DNA of 64,000 nt from an uncultured Cytophagales bacterium (lineage in GTDB: Bacteria > Bacteroidota > Bacteroidia > Cytophagales > Spirosomataceae): positions 18,417 through 82,416 of the forward strand of contig CAWDMP010000001.1 of assembly GCA_963803495.1 (NCBI GenBank), in the 5' to 3' direction. A program made the translations under genes and the position numbers. The notes under the pieces were generated by a model, which worked only from the letters and a program-made list of their open reading frames with translations, was not told the DNA's origin and ran no database searches. Below, in pieces: positions 29,595 through 39,441 of this stretch (positions are counted from its first letter, which is position 1; every line of letters begins with the position of its first letter).

Positions 29595-31625
29595 GTGATC
29601 GACGCACTCGCCGAAAACCTTTCTTTTCTGAATCTGAAATTCAGTCGGAACAAACTGACCCACATCGTGGCGGCGGCCGATCCGGCGCTGACGAGCCGCG
29701 TGGGGTTGAAGTACTTGCTGACATTGCTGGTACCGGAGTTTCCGTTTTCGGCCAATTTTGAGGAACTGCACACCTCCGAAGGCCGCGAGGCACCGGTGGA
29801 GGGCGCGGGGGTGCAGGTGTTTGCGGGGGCGGAGTTTCGGTACAACGCCGGGCGGAACGGCAAGCTCGACGGTTTGCTGAGCTACGAAAAGCCGCGTTTC
29901 CGGCAGGAATCGATCGGCGTTTCGCTCCGGCAAACGACGGCCTACTGCCTGCGCGAAGAAGTGCAGGGCGGCGCGCCCGCCGTCGACACGAGCGTGACCG
30001 GCGGGAAGCTTTACGCCATCAAGGCGGGCCTTGCCAACGAGGACTTCTACGCTTTCGGCGAAAACTTCTGGAAAAGCTGGCAGGCTGAGAAGCGCCAGTT
30101 CCTTACCTGGCAGCCCGACTACAAGCGCGTTCGGGCGGCGCAGGAAGAGTACCTTTATTTTTTGGTCAACTTTACGCCGACCCCGACCGAGCTGCGGCTG
30201 CGGGTGCGAACGATCGGGGCCGATGGCCAGGGCGGCGCGGCCGTCACGGCCCGGAGCATCGCCAACCCGCTGCTGTATTCGGTGCTCAGCCTGCCGGTGG
30301 GGCTGAGCAGCCTGGGCCTGGCCACGCCGCTCGACGACGTGACCGCCTACGAAGTGTGGCTGGCCAACGAGGCCAACGCCCGCGTGAGCGAGGTGCGCCG
30401 CTACGTATTGGACCGCCACTACGAGCCCAACGACCGGGCGCTGCTGTTCGTGAATTCGCTGGGCGGCTGGGATACGCTACGACTGACCGGCCAGGCGCAG
30501 CAAACGCTGAAAGTGGCCCAGCAGACGGCCGAAGTAGAGCGCCCGGCAAGGGCGGGGGTCGACTTTTCGGAGTTGAAGATCGTGAGCATCGAGGGCGAGC
30601 GGGATATTACCGTTGGCACCGGCTACTTTCGCCGTCAGTCGGCCGAGTACCTGCGCTATCTGGATGAGTTGCTGCTCAGCGAGCAGGTGTACCTGGTCAC
30701 CGATAAGGGTCACCGGCCGCTCCAACTCACGACGGCGTCGCTGGTGGATGCTTACGACGACGCCGAGCTGGTGGCGCGGACGTTTTCGTTTCGGATACTC
30801 GATACCGTCGAGAACTACAGCAACTTACCAGCCGCTGAGCCGACGCCGGAGCGGCCGACGACCTGGCGCGGCAAAAACCTGCGCCAGATCCTGAACAGTT
30901 TCGGGAAACGGACCGGCAAGCTGGTGTTTCAGCGGCTCGAGAAAGTGTACGCCGACGATAATAGCGTGGTAAGTCCGTACACGCTCAAGCTCAATTCGCC
31001 GGGTGATCCCGATTACCTGGAACCGATTACCGATACCGACATCGCGCCAGGTTCGACGCCCTACCCGAGTGTGGCGCTGAGCCGGGCGGGCACCTTTAAT
31101 CGCGGTAATTGCGCATCGACGCACTTGGGCGGTCCGGCCACGATTAGTATCGCCGCCGGGCGCTGGGGCGGCGAGCAGCCCGGTGAGGCCAACGCCCTGG
31201 CCGAGGGCGAATACGCCAGCCTGAATACCCAGGCCTACGCCGATGCGCATGGTACCTGCACGATTAACAACACGCCGCTGCACCTGGCGATTTTTCACAA
31301 AATCCCGATGACGTTCGACAACCACGTGGCCGGTAGCGCCGACTATGGACCGGTGGTAGCGCTACGCATCAACAGTTCAGAATTAGTACCTAATACCGTG
31401 GGGCAGAATCCTGCGGTCGTTCGGCAGTCGGACAGCGTCATCGCGCCGGGCACTTACAACCTGGTGGTGCGGGTCCAGTACGTGACGCTGCCGATGCGGG
31501 CCTGTAAAGTCAGAATTCCGGGCAAAAACCGGGAGATCGCCGTCACGACGTCGGGCTATTATGCTTTCGATAATTTGGTCATCAACAGCTCGGATGAGCC
31601 GCTAACCGTCGAAGTAGTGCCATGA
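29595..31625 (+). CDS. Minor tail protein with a DUF5977-like domain
   Basis: 676 aa. F..NSLGGWDT motif, then TFNRGNC...IAAGRW...EANALA......NTQAYADAHGTC segment. Confidence 0.7.
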   Translation: MIDALAENLSFLNLKFSRNKLTHIVAAADPALTSRVGLKYLLTLLVPEFPFSANFEELHTSEGREAPVEGAGVQVFAGAEFRYNAGRNGKLDGLLSYEKPRFRQESIGVSLRQTTAYCLREEVQGGAPAVDTSVTGGKLYAIKAGLANEDFYAFGENFWKSWQAEKRQFLTWQPDYKRVRAAQEEYLYFLVNFTPTPTELRLRVRTIGADGQGGAAVTARSIANPLLYSVLSLPVGLSSLGLATPLDDVTAYEVWLANEANARVSEVRRYVLDRHYEPNDRALLFVNSLGGWDTLRLTGQAQQTLKVAQQTAEVERPARAGVDFSELKIVSIEGERDITVGTGYFRRQSAEYLRYLDELLLSEQVYLVTDKGHRPLQLTTASLVDAYDDAELVARTFSFRILDTVENYSNLPAAEPTPERPTTWRGKNLRQILNSFGKRTGKLVFQRLEKVYADDNSVVSPYTLKLNSPGDPDYLEPITDTDIAPGSTPYPSVALSRAGTFNRGNCASTHLGGPATISIAAGRWGGEQPGEANALAEGEYASLNTQAYADAHGTCTINNTPLHLAIFHKIPMTFDNHVAGSADYGPVVALRINSSELVPNTVGQNPAVVRQSDSVIAPGTYNLVVRVQYVTLPMRACKVRIPGKNREIAVTTSGYYAFDNLVINSSDEPLTVEVVP

Positions 31626-33014
31626 TAAAAATTAATAGCTACGAGGTACTAACCGGCGCGAACCAGCAGGTGGCTTACAACCTGGTGAATCCGCATTTGA
31701 TTTACGATAGCATCCCAGGAAGCACGGCCACGCTGCCGGGCTTTCCGGCCGTGCGCGAAAACCGGGCGATTTTCGGGTATTTCGAAGAACCGCAGGCCGG
31801 GAGCGATTTACCAGAGTACCTCTTCCAGCAGTTTTGGAACGGCGAGCTGATCCGGGAAGGGTACCTGCTGCTGACCGAGGCAAGCCTGGAAAGTGGCTAC
31901 AAGGGCGCTTATTCCGATAAGTACGGTTTATTTTTCGGGGAATTTCAAAATACCAGCCTGCGGGAACTCGACCTGGGCAGCTTGGCCGTGCCCGCGCCGC
32001 TTACGCCGACGATCGGCGACGTCGACGGTGTGGCCTGCGCCTTTCCGACGATCGTGAACGAGGCGTTCTTTGGTACCAACGGCGGCAGCGTGGGCTACAC
32101 CGGCCGCGTGAACGATTACGCGGGCGCGACCTACCGCTCGGGGCCGAGGGTGCCGCTTTTTTTTGTGGGCTGGATCCTGAAAAAAATTGGGACCCTTACG
32201 GGCGTGGCCGTCGACGGCGATTTCTTCCAGCACCCGGAGTGGAGCCAGCTTTTGCTGGTGAATATGCGGGAGGCCGAAGGGACCGACATCGAGGTACGCA
32301 ACCATCTGCCCGACCTGGGGCTTGTCGATTTCCTGCTGGAACTTAGAAAAGTACCCAACCTGAAACTGACGCTCGACCCGGTGGGGCGGCGGCTGCGGGT
32401 GGATTTCTGGGAGGACGCCCTGGCCGCACCGGTGACCCGCGACTGGACGGCCAAGGCGGTGGTGGGGCAGTCGAAGAAAAGCGAGCCCAATACGCGGCTC
32501 TCGCTGTCGATGGCGCTCGACGGCAACGATGCCCTGGCCAAGGATCGCCCGGCGGCGCTGGCCGACTGGACGTCGCCCGAAACCGGGAGCCGGGGCGGGA
32601 TCGCGAAGCTGCCGCTGAAATTCTCGACGCTGCTCGTCGACAACGCTTCGGGGCTGGCCGCCTGCCGCCAGGAAGGGCAAACGAGCCAGTTTGGGCAGGA
32701 TGCCAAGGGCTGGGCGCCGCGGCTGCTCTTCTGGCGCGGAATGGTGGGGGGATTGCCCAGGGCGCTGCCGACGCTGGGCGATTACGGCCTGTTCCCGGCG
32801 ACGCTGGCCGCGACGAGCTGGCGCGAAGACGGCGGCGCTGCGGGCCCGGATGTTCTACCTGCAAAAAGACCTGGTAGTGAACGAGACGGATTTGGCGCAG
32901 CTCGACTTTGCGAAGAAGATCCACATCGAGGGAATGGATTATCTGATCGCGCAGCTTAACGTGACGGTGCCGATCCGGGGCGTGGCCACGGCGTTGCTGA
33001 TCGGGGGGGTGTAG
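31622..33014 (+). CDS. Minor tail / baseplate hub-like protein with a frameshift at ~32828
   Basis: ORF 31622-32959 degrades after ATSWRE. Frame 32691-33014 supplies a plausible C-terminus (LDFAKKIHIEGMDYLI) ending just before a terminator. Confidence 0.65.
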
Positions 33015-33036
33015 CTTTTGAGTTGGCTTTCGGGAG

Positions 33037-33078
33037 GAACGGCCAACGGTTTATCCGTTGGCCGTTCCCCTTTTTTTT
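33037..33078 (+). terminator. Terminator
   Basis: 13-bp stem GAACGGCCAACGG/CCGTTGGCCGTTC plus T8. Confidence 0.9.
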
Positions 33079-33114
33079 GGTCCTTTTTGCTGGACTTTGG
33101 ACTGCGGACCTTAG
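33079..33114 (+). promoter_or_regulatory. Candidate late promoter, copy 2
   Basis: GGTCCTTT at 33079 and ACCTTAG at 33108. Confidence 0.6.
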
Positions 33115-33141
33115 TGTTTGTAAAGAACTAAGCGCCGCGCG

Positions 33142-33774
33142 ATGAACGATGATTTTGAGGAGAGTCCTATCCTGCAAAAGCTGCTCAGTGACCTGACGAA
33201 TCGGGCCGAGCGACTGCTGCGGGAGGCCGTGGCCCGCGAGGGGAAAGTACTCACCGGCGAGCTGCGGGATTCGATTCGGGCCGGGGCGGTGACCTGGGGC
33301 AAAGGCTGGATCAGTGGGCATGTCTCGTACTCCGAGCTGCTGCGGATCAAGGATATGAAAGTCCTGCGCTACACGACGATCCCGCCACTCGGCCCGATCG
33401 AGCGCTGGGTGGAAAGCGTGGGCGTGAGTCGATTTGCTTACGTCCCTGGCTATCCCGAGGGCGTGGAGCCCGCGACCGAGTCGGAGGCCATCACGCGGAT
33501 TGCCAAGGGCGTCCAATACAACCTGAAAGCCCATCCCAACGTGCGGCGCGGCTACCGGGGTATCTATAACGACGCGCTCAATTATTCTTTTGTGCCGGCC
33601 TACCAAGCAGACATGCGGATGGCCGCTACGGTGCTGGCCGGTGCGCAGTTTACCGAGGCTTTCGGCTTCGAGACCTTCATCCCCTTGCCCAACGAACCGC
33701 TTAACGCCAGCCGCATCCAGGCCGCCTGGAACGCCCGCGATACAAGACTTTCACGCAAATACGCTAACCAATGA
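33142..33774 (+). CDS. Tail completion / neck protein (HK97 gp10-like)
   Basis: TGELRDSI motif; immediately upstream of the tape measure gene. Confidence 0.55.
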   Translation: MNDDFEESPILQKLLSDLTNRAERLLREAVAREGKVLTGELRDSIRAGAVTWGKGWISGHVSYSELLRIKDMKVLRYTTIPPLGPIERWVESVGVSRFAYVPGYPEGVEPATESEAITRIAKGVQYNLKAHPNVRRGYRGIYNDALNYSFVPAYQADMRMAATVLAGAQFTEAFGFETFIPLPNEPLNASRIQAAWNARDTRLSRKYANQ

Positions 33775-36700
33775 CCGGAGACGTACTGGAATTGGACCTT
33801 CGGCTGAAAACGGCTGAGATCCAGAAAAATCTTGACACGGTGAACAGCCAGGCCAAAGACCTGCGGAAAATCATCAAGGACATCGAGCTCAATGGCGGCA
33901 AAGGCGGCGAAGAGTGGAAAAAGTACAAAGCCGAGCTGAGGGATACGCAGGAGCAGGCAGCGAAGCTTTCGCGGGAATTGAAGGACATGAAGGTGGCCGA
34001 CATGACCATCCGCCAGCTCGAACAACACGCCAAAGCGCTGGCCAAGGAAATCAAAAACGCCGACCGCAGCTCGCAGGATTTCGTAAAAAACTCGAAGCGC
34101 CTGGGCGAAGTCGAAAAGGAACTCGACAAGGCTCGGCAGCAGGCCAAAGACCTGAAAGGCGAGGCCGAAACGATGGGCAAGCCAGGTTTGTGGGGCAAGA
34201 TTACCAGTGGCGTGAAAACGGTTGGCAATGCCTTCCAGGCCATTATGGCGCTTGCGGTGTTACAGTGGATTTACAACCTGGGTAAGGCGATTTTCGATAC
34301 GACGGCGAATTTTGAGAAGTACGAGAAGGTGCTCTCGACCGCGCTGGGTGATCCGAAGCAGGCAAAGGCGAGTATGAAGGCCATTAAGAAGATGGCGGCC
34401 GAAACGGCGTTCAGCGTCGACGAGCTGACGGACGGCTATGTGAAAATGGTAAACCGAGGGCTGCGGCCTTCGCAAAAAGAAATGGTGGCGCTGACCGACC
34501 TGGCGGCTTCCCAGGGGAAAACGTTCGACCAATTGGTGGAAGCCGTGCTCGACGCCCAGACCGGGGAGTTTGAACGCCTGAAGGAGTTTGGCATTAAGGC
34601 GCGGAAGGAGGGCGATAACGTGTCGCTTTCATTCAAAGGGCAAACCCAAACCGTAAAAAACAACGAGGAGGCCATTTACCAAGCAATGATCGCGATGGGG
34701 GCCATGACCGGCGTCGCGGGTCAGAATGCCGAAATGATGACGACGCTCAACGGCAACTCGTCGAACCTCGGTGATAGCTTCGATGCTTTGACTGTCGGCC
34801 TGGGCAACGGACTGAAACCGGTATTCATCGCCATTCTGGATTTGATTGCGGCATCATTGCCGTTGCTGAGTCTTTTGGGCAAAGGGCTGGGGACGGTGCT
34901 TCTGCTGGCCAAGGCGGCCATCGCCGGAGTTCTCGATACCGTGATGAACGTCGGAAAGGCCTTCGTTACACTTGGTGAAGCGGCCAGGGCATTCATGTCG
35001 GGCAATACGGAAGGGGCCAAGAAACTGCTCGACGAAGCGCAGGATCACGGCAAGAAAGCGCTGACTTCCATCGAGGATAATGTGAAGCAGGGAGTCATAG
35101 AAATCGGCAATCTGTGGGTGAATCCTGATGCGGCCGTCAAGGCCGAGTTTGCGGGTAAAATCCAGGGCGAACGTCACCAGGCTGCACTTTCCAAGGAACA
35201 GGAAAAGGGGATCGCGAAACGGGAGAAGGCCACGGCCAAGACCCTGGAAATGGTAGCGCAGCTTACGGCCGAGCAAGAGCAACTGATGGCGGCTAACAGC
35301 GTGGCCACGGAGGAGTCGAAAATTGAGGAGAAGCGCCGGAAGCGCCTGAAAGAGATCGATGACTCGCTGGCGAGTGAGGAAGCCAAGGAGCAGGCGCGGC
35401 TACTGATTAACAAGAATGCGGATCTGCAATTGCACCAGGTTCGGCAGAAGGATAATGCCAAAGCGCTGGAACTGCTGGCGCAACTGGAAGCGGAGCACGA
35501 CCAAAAGGTGGCGAGCAATTCGCTGACCGTAGAAGAATCGAAAATTGAGGAAAAGCGCCGGAAGCGCTTGAAAGAAATCGAAGACTCGAAGGCCGACGAA
35601 GCGGTGAAGGCGCAGGCGATCGAGGCGATCAACCGCAACGCGGAAGCGGAACTGGACAAGGTGCGGACCGACTACCGGCAGAAACGCCAGCGGGAAGAAG
35701 CAGAGGCCGCTCAGAAGCGCCAGGAAGCCGAGAATTTCATCCGTACGCAGGAGCAGGCGGCGGAGAAGTCGATCTTCGATTGGCGGGAGATGCAGGCCAA
35801 GGGTAACGCTCAGAAGCTCGCCGCCATCAAAAAAGAGCGGCTCGACGCGGAGCTTCGGTACACTCAGGAAAAACTACAGGCCGAAATGGTGGCCGAGCAA
35901 ATTAAGGCTACCAAGGATATCGAGGATGCCCAATTGCTCAGCCGGACGCTGACAGCCATCGAGGATAAGTACCACTCGGCGTCGGTGCTGGCCGAAGCCA
36001 AGGCGGCGGCCGAAAAGGCTAAAATCGACCAGGATCTGCACGATGCTAAGGTTGCCAAGGTTAAGTCGTACTCGGAAGCCTTCTCGGCGTTGTTGCGGGG
36101 TGATGTGAACGCCTTCATCGACGCGTCGTCTAAGATCGTGCAGGGCCACAAGACTGCCTGGCAGGAACAGATGGCCAAGAACCAGGAGATGTACCAAATG
36201 GGCGCTGACCTGGCCAAGCAGGCGGTTTCGTTCTTGAACGACCTGGCTCAGCAGAAAGCTCAGAAGGCGATTGCTCAGGCACAGCGGGAGTTCGACGAGA
36301 AGATGGGGATCCTGAATACGGAGCTGGCCACGACAGAGTCACTCATTACGAGTAGCTCAAATTATATCCAGAGCCTCAAAGCGGCCGAAACGGCCCGGCT
36401 GACGGAGTTGCAGCGAATACTATCGAGTGAAACGGCGACGGAGGAGGATAAGCGCCAGGCGCTGAAAAAGTACTATTCGGAGCAGTTGCAGGATATGAAA
36501 GCGGCCGAAGAGGCCAAAATCGAGGATCTGCAACGGTTGGCAAACCTGGCCAAGACTGAGGATGAAAAGCAAGCCATCGAGGCCAAGATCAAAATGGCCA
36601 AGGAGGAGTCGGAAACCAAGATAAAATTGGCGGAAGACGAACTCGATAAGAAGAAAAAGGCGATAGATGAGTTGACGGAATTCACGACCGAGACGACCGA

Positions 36701-37766
36701 AGCGGTGCTCGATGAAGCTACCGAGGCATCGGAGACGCAGATCAAACTCGCCGAAGACGAAGCACAGACCAAGTACGATACCAAGGCCGACCTGGAAGAA
36801 GCCATCGCGGAGCAGAATCGGATTTATCGGGAGAAGGAATCGGCCGAGAAGAAAAAAGCCTGGGAGGCCCAGAAGAAAGCAGATATCGCGACGGCTTTGA
36901 TCACCGGCGCGTTGGCGATATTGAAGGCGCTGGCCAACTTTTTCCCACTTAACATCATCCTGGCGGCGACGGCGGGCGTGGTGACGGCCGTGCAGATCAA
37001 TAAGATCAAGAATCAGGTACCTCCGGCATTTGAGCAGGGGGGCTTCGTGGCCCAGGGCGGACGGCACGGCAGCAGCTACGGCAGCGGGGGCATTGCGCTC
37101 GTGGACCGCCAGAGTGGCCGGGAGGTGGGCGAAATGGAGGGCGACGAGGCCATTGTGTCGCGGGAGCAGACGGCGGCCAACTGGCCGATCATCGAGCAGA
37201 TGTTCAGGAATGCCCGGACGCCGGGGAAGCGCGCGACGCCGGTGGTGCAGCATCCGGCGGTGCCGTTGGCCTTTCGGGATGGCGGGCGGTTCGAGTCGCC
37301 TTACTTCGAGCGGGGGATGTACCTTTTTGGGATCAAGAAAAAGAAGCGGGAGGCGGAGAATATGGCCCGGCAGGCCGAAGCGGATGCGGCCAAGGCCCAG
37401 GCCGAAGCCGATGCGATGGGTGGGGGCTATGGTTTCGATGATTCGGGGGCTTACGGCGGTATCGACACCGGAGGCGTGGGAATCAACGGTGACACCGGGG
37501 CGGCTCAGGCGGCCCACGAAGCGGCTCAGAAACAGGGGATGCAGCAGTTGGAACTACTGGAAGGCATCATCGAGGCGCTGGAAGAAAACGGCGAGAAGCT
37601 GACGCGGCTGGGGATGTCGGTGGTAAGCTCGGGCGACGGAATACGGGGTGGGCTCGGCGGCGTGGAAGCGGCCGTGAATCGAGTGGAAGGCGCGGTGTAC
37701 AATACCAACACCCAAGGTAAGTTCGACGCGCTGATTTCGGCGATCAGTAGCATGAAGGCGGCGTAG
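33771..37766 (+). CDS. Tape measure protein, 1331 aa
   Basis: Tape-measure domain (AAETAFSVDELTDGYVKMVNRG), long Ala/Glu/Lys helical repeats, hydrophobic segments and internal 74-aa duplication. Confidence 0.92.
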   Translation: MTGDVLELDLRLKTAEIQKNLDTVNSQAKDLRKIIKDIELNGGKGGEEWKKYKAELRDTQEQAAKLSRELKDMKVADMTIRQLEQHAKALAKEIKNADRSSQDFVKNSKRLGEVEKELDKARQQAKDLKGEAETMGKPGLWGKITSGVKTVGNAFQAIMALAVLQWIYNLGKAIFDTTANFEKYEKVLSTALGDPKQAKASMKAIKKMAAETAFSVDELTDGYVKMVNRGLRPSQKEMVALTDLAASQGKTFDQLVEAVLDAQTGEFERLKEFGIKARKEGDNVSLSFKGQTQTVKNNEEAIYQAMIAMGAMTGVAGQNAEMMTTLNGNSSNLGDSFDALTVGLGNGLKPVFIAILDLIAASLPLLSLLGKGLGTVLLLAKAAIAGVLDTVMNVGKAFVTLGEAARAFMSGNTEGAKKLLDEAQDHGKKALTSIEDNVKQGVIEIGNLWVNPDAAVKAEFAGKIQGERHQAALSKEQEKGIAKREKATAKTLEMVAQLTAEQEQLMAANSVATEESKIEEKRRKRLKEIDDSLASEEAKEQARLLINKNADLQLHQVRQKDNAKALELLAQLEAEHDQKVASNSLTVEESKIEEKRRKRLKEIEDSKADEAVKAQAIEAINRNAEAELDKVRTDYRQKRQREEAEAAQKRQEAENFIRTQEQAAEKSIFDWREMQAKGNAQKLAAIKKERLDAELRYTQEKLQAEMVAEQIKATKDIEDAQLLSRTLTAIEDKYHSASVLAEAKAAAEKAKIDQDLHDAKVAKVKSYSEAFSALLRGDVNAFIDASSKIVQGHKTAWQEQMAKNQEMYQMGADLAKQAVSFLNDLAQQKAQKAIAQAQREFDEKMGILNTELATTESLITSSSNYIQSLKAAETARLTELQRILSSETATEEDKRQALKKYYSEQLQDMKAAEEAKIEDLQRLANLAKTEDEKQAIEAKIKMAKEESETKIKLAEDELDKKKKAIDELTEFTTETTEAVLDEATEASETQIKLAEDEAQTKYDTKADLEEAIAEQNRIYREKESAEKKKAWEAQKKADIATALITGALAILKALANFFPLNIILAATAGVVTAVQINKIKNQVPPAFEQGGFVAQGGRHGSSYGSGGIALVDRQSGREVGEMEGDEAIVSREQTAANWPIIEQMFRNARTPGKRATPVVQHPAVPLAFRDGGRFESPYFERGMYLFGIKKKKREAENMARQAEADAAKAQAEADAMGGGYGFDDSGAYGGIDTGGVGINGDTGAAQAAHEAAQKQGMQQLELLEGIIEALEENGEKLTRLGMSVVSSGDGIRGGLGGVEAAVNRVEGAVYNTNTQGKFDALISAISSMKAA

Positions 37767-37865
37767 AGGGGGGGGGGGAGGGTTAACGGTCAACGGTTTT
37801 AGTTCGGCGTTTTTTGTTCGTTGGGAGAAAAGGGAGTATTTTTATTAACCTAATACAACTCATTA

Positions 37866-38354
37866 ATGGTTAAGCGGATTACGATTCAGTTGCCTGGTTA
37901 TTTGAAGAAGTTTTATATGTACGAGTATTCGGGCTCTCGGTCGGGGAAGGGGGAGCGGGAACGCGACGAGATCCACGTCGACAAAACGAGTGAGCTGGGG
38001 AAACTGATTCACCTGATCAGTCGGCCGATCCCGTTTACGCAGCATTACCAGCGACCGACGGGCGAGGGCTTGCTTTCGGTGCGGTACTACGTGCGAGAGA
38101 AGATTTACGATATTCCGGTCGAAAAATTGCCGCAGCTGGTGACGCAGATGGAGGAGATTTTTCGGCGGACGATCATCTGCGAGGTGCGGGGCGGGCACGA
38201 TCTGTGCTCGGGCGACTACGGGCCGCTGGTGGCGATCGCGCTGGAGCGCCGGGGCATCGTGCGCGACGTCGACATCGATTACCAGACGGTTCGGAAGATT
38301 TATCGGGATTATATCGGGCGAATCGCGAAAATAAACGGAAAAACATTTGCGTAG
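37866..38354 (+). CDS. Hypothetical protein, possible DNA-binding regulator
   Basis: 162 aa. RHH-like N-terminus (RITIQLPGYLKKF) and HTH-like C-terminus (ALERRGI..IDYQTVRKIYRDY). Confidence 0.55.
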   Translation: MVKRITIQLPGYLKKFYMYEYSGSRSGKGERERDEIHVDKTSELGKLIHLISRPIPFTQHYQRPTGEGLLSVRYYVREKIYDIPVEKLPQLVTQMEEIFRRTIICEVRGGHDLCSGDYGPLVAIALERRGIVRDVDIDYQTVRKIYRDYIGRIAKINGKTFA

Positions 38355-38410
38355 AAAGTAACGGAAATGCGCAGTAAGTAACGGTTTTGCGTAGAAAGTA
38401 ACGGAAATGC
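38351..38410 (+). repeat. Three tandem 20-bp units (core AAGTAACGG..TGC)
   Basis: GTAGAAAGTAACGGAAATGC / GCAGTAAGTAACGGTTTTGC / GTAGAAAGTAACGGAAATGC. Confidence 0.9.
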
Positions 38411-38438
38411 CTAAAAAGTCCAGGCTCCTGGACTAACT

Positions 38439-38471
38439 AAAACGGCCCCTGCATCGCGTAGGGGCCGTTTT
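38439..38471. terminator. Bidirectional terminator-like hairpin
   Basis: AAAACGGCCCCT-N9-AGGGGCCGTTTT. Confidence 0.8.
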
Positions 38472-38506
38472 GCTATTAAAATCCGCGTGGAAAATGGCGC
38501 GTTTTT

Positions 38507-38542
38507 GGTCCTTTCTTTCGGGGGAATTCGCTTCTACTTTTC
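38507..38542 (+). promoter_or_regulatory. Candidate late promoter, copy 3
   Basis: GGTCCTTT at 38507 and TACTTTTC at 38535. Confidence 0.55.
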
Positions 38543-38546
38543 GGAC

Positions 38547-39086
38547 ATGATTGGTACGTTGGAACAAATGGGCTTTCGGCCACAGCGGCGCTACAACGCC
38601 GGGTACCTGGTGCGGGTGCTGCTGGTGCCGACTACCGACGTGGACTACGTACTTACGCCCGACGAGAATCTGCTGATTCCCGAGTGGGGCATCGGCCTGA
38701 AACCGGGCGCGCGGATCTTCGAGATTCTGTGCAGACCGCAGACGGCCACGCTCGTCGACTCGTACCAGGGCGACGGCGCTTACCAGGGCGAAGTGAGCAT
38801 TCCGGTGCTGACCGAAGACGACGCGCTGACGCGCTGGGTGGCGCGCTACGAAAAGCACCGCTGGCTGACACTGGCGCAGGATACGCTGGGGCGCTGCTAC
38901 TGCCTGGGACGGCCCGACAACGGCGGCCGCCTGGCCTGGGGGCGGCAGGTGACGGGCCGCAACGTGCAGAGCCTGACGATCAGGACGACGATGCTGCACC
39001 CGGCCGCGCAGCTGACGACGCTGGACCCGGCGGTGCTTTTTGCGGAGCATCGCTTCGACGCCCGGTTCGACCTGAGTTTTATTTAA
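38547..39086 (+). CDS. Phage tail-region hypothetical protein
   Basis: ATG 38547 in ORF 38487-39086; C-terminal FDARFDLSF motif. Confidence 0.6.
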   Translation: MIGTLEQMGFRPQRRYNAGYLVRVLLVPTTDVDYVLTPDENLLIPEWGIGLKPGARIFEILCRPQTATLVDSYQGDGAYQGEVSIPVLTEDDALTRWVARYEKHRWLTLAQDTLGRCYCLGRPDNGGRLAWGRQVTGRNVQSLTIRTTMLHPAAQLTTLDPAVLFAEHRFDARFDLSFI

Positions 39087-39095
39087 CCCTCACTT

Positions 39096-39428
39096 ATGTT
39101 TATCACACGGCAAGGCAATCTTCGAAAGATTCAGTGGGGCGACTCGTTTGAGGCGAGTTTCCGGGTGCGGAAGGATCGCCTGGACGTGGACCTGGCCACG
39201 TGCGCGATCGACGCCCTGGTGCGCCGCTACCCCACGGACGTGGCGGTGGCGCTGACGCTGGACGTGGAGCTCGATGGCTACGACGATCATTACTACATCC
39301 ACCTGAGCAAACCCGCGGCCGAGATGCGCATCGATGTGCGCCGGTACTGGTACAGCCTGGTGGTGCGGGATGAGAACGGCGAGGTGGGTACGGCCATCAA
39401 GGGGATTTTCGAGATCGTTCACAAATAA
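39096..39428 (+). CDS. Baseplate-upper / BppU-like small protein
   Basis: 110 aa; IQWGDSF...YWYSLVV..TAIKGIFEI beta-sandwich pattern. Confidence 0.5.
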   Translation: MFITRQGNLRKIQWGDSFEASFRVRKDRLDVDLATCAIDALVRRYPTDVAVALTLDVELDGYDDHYYIHLSKPAAEMRIDVRRYWYSLVVRDENGEVGTAIKGIFEIVHK

Positions 39429-39441
39429 GGATTTATAGAGG

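Noticed and set aside
8823-37517. Long antisense ORFs (8823-10244, 17285-18517, 22490-23530, 28196-29086, 36420-37517)
   Set aside because: Shadow frames opposite well-supported GC-rich genes, with no recognisable motifs.
38351-38410. Possible mini-CRISPR array
   Set aside because: The units are contiguous with no unique spacers, and no cas genes are present.
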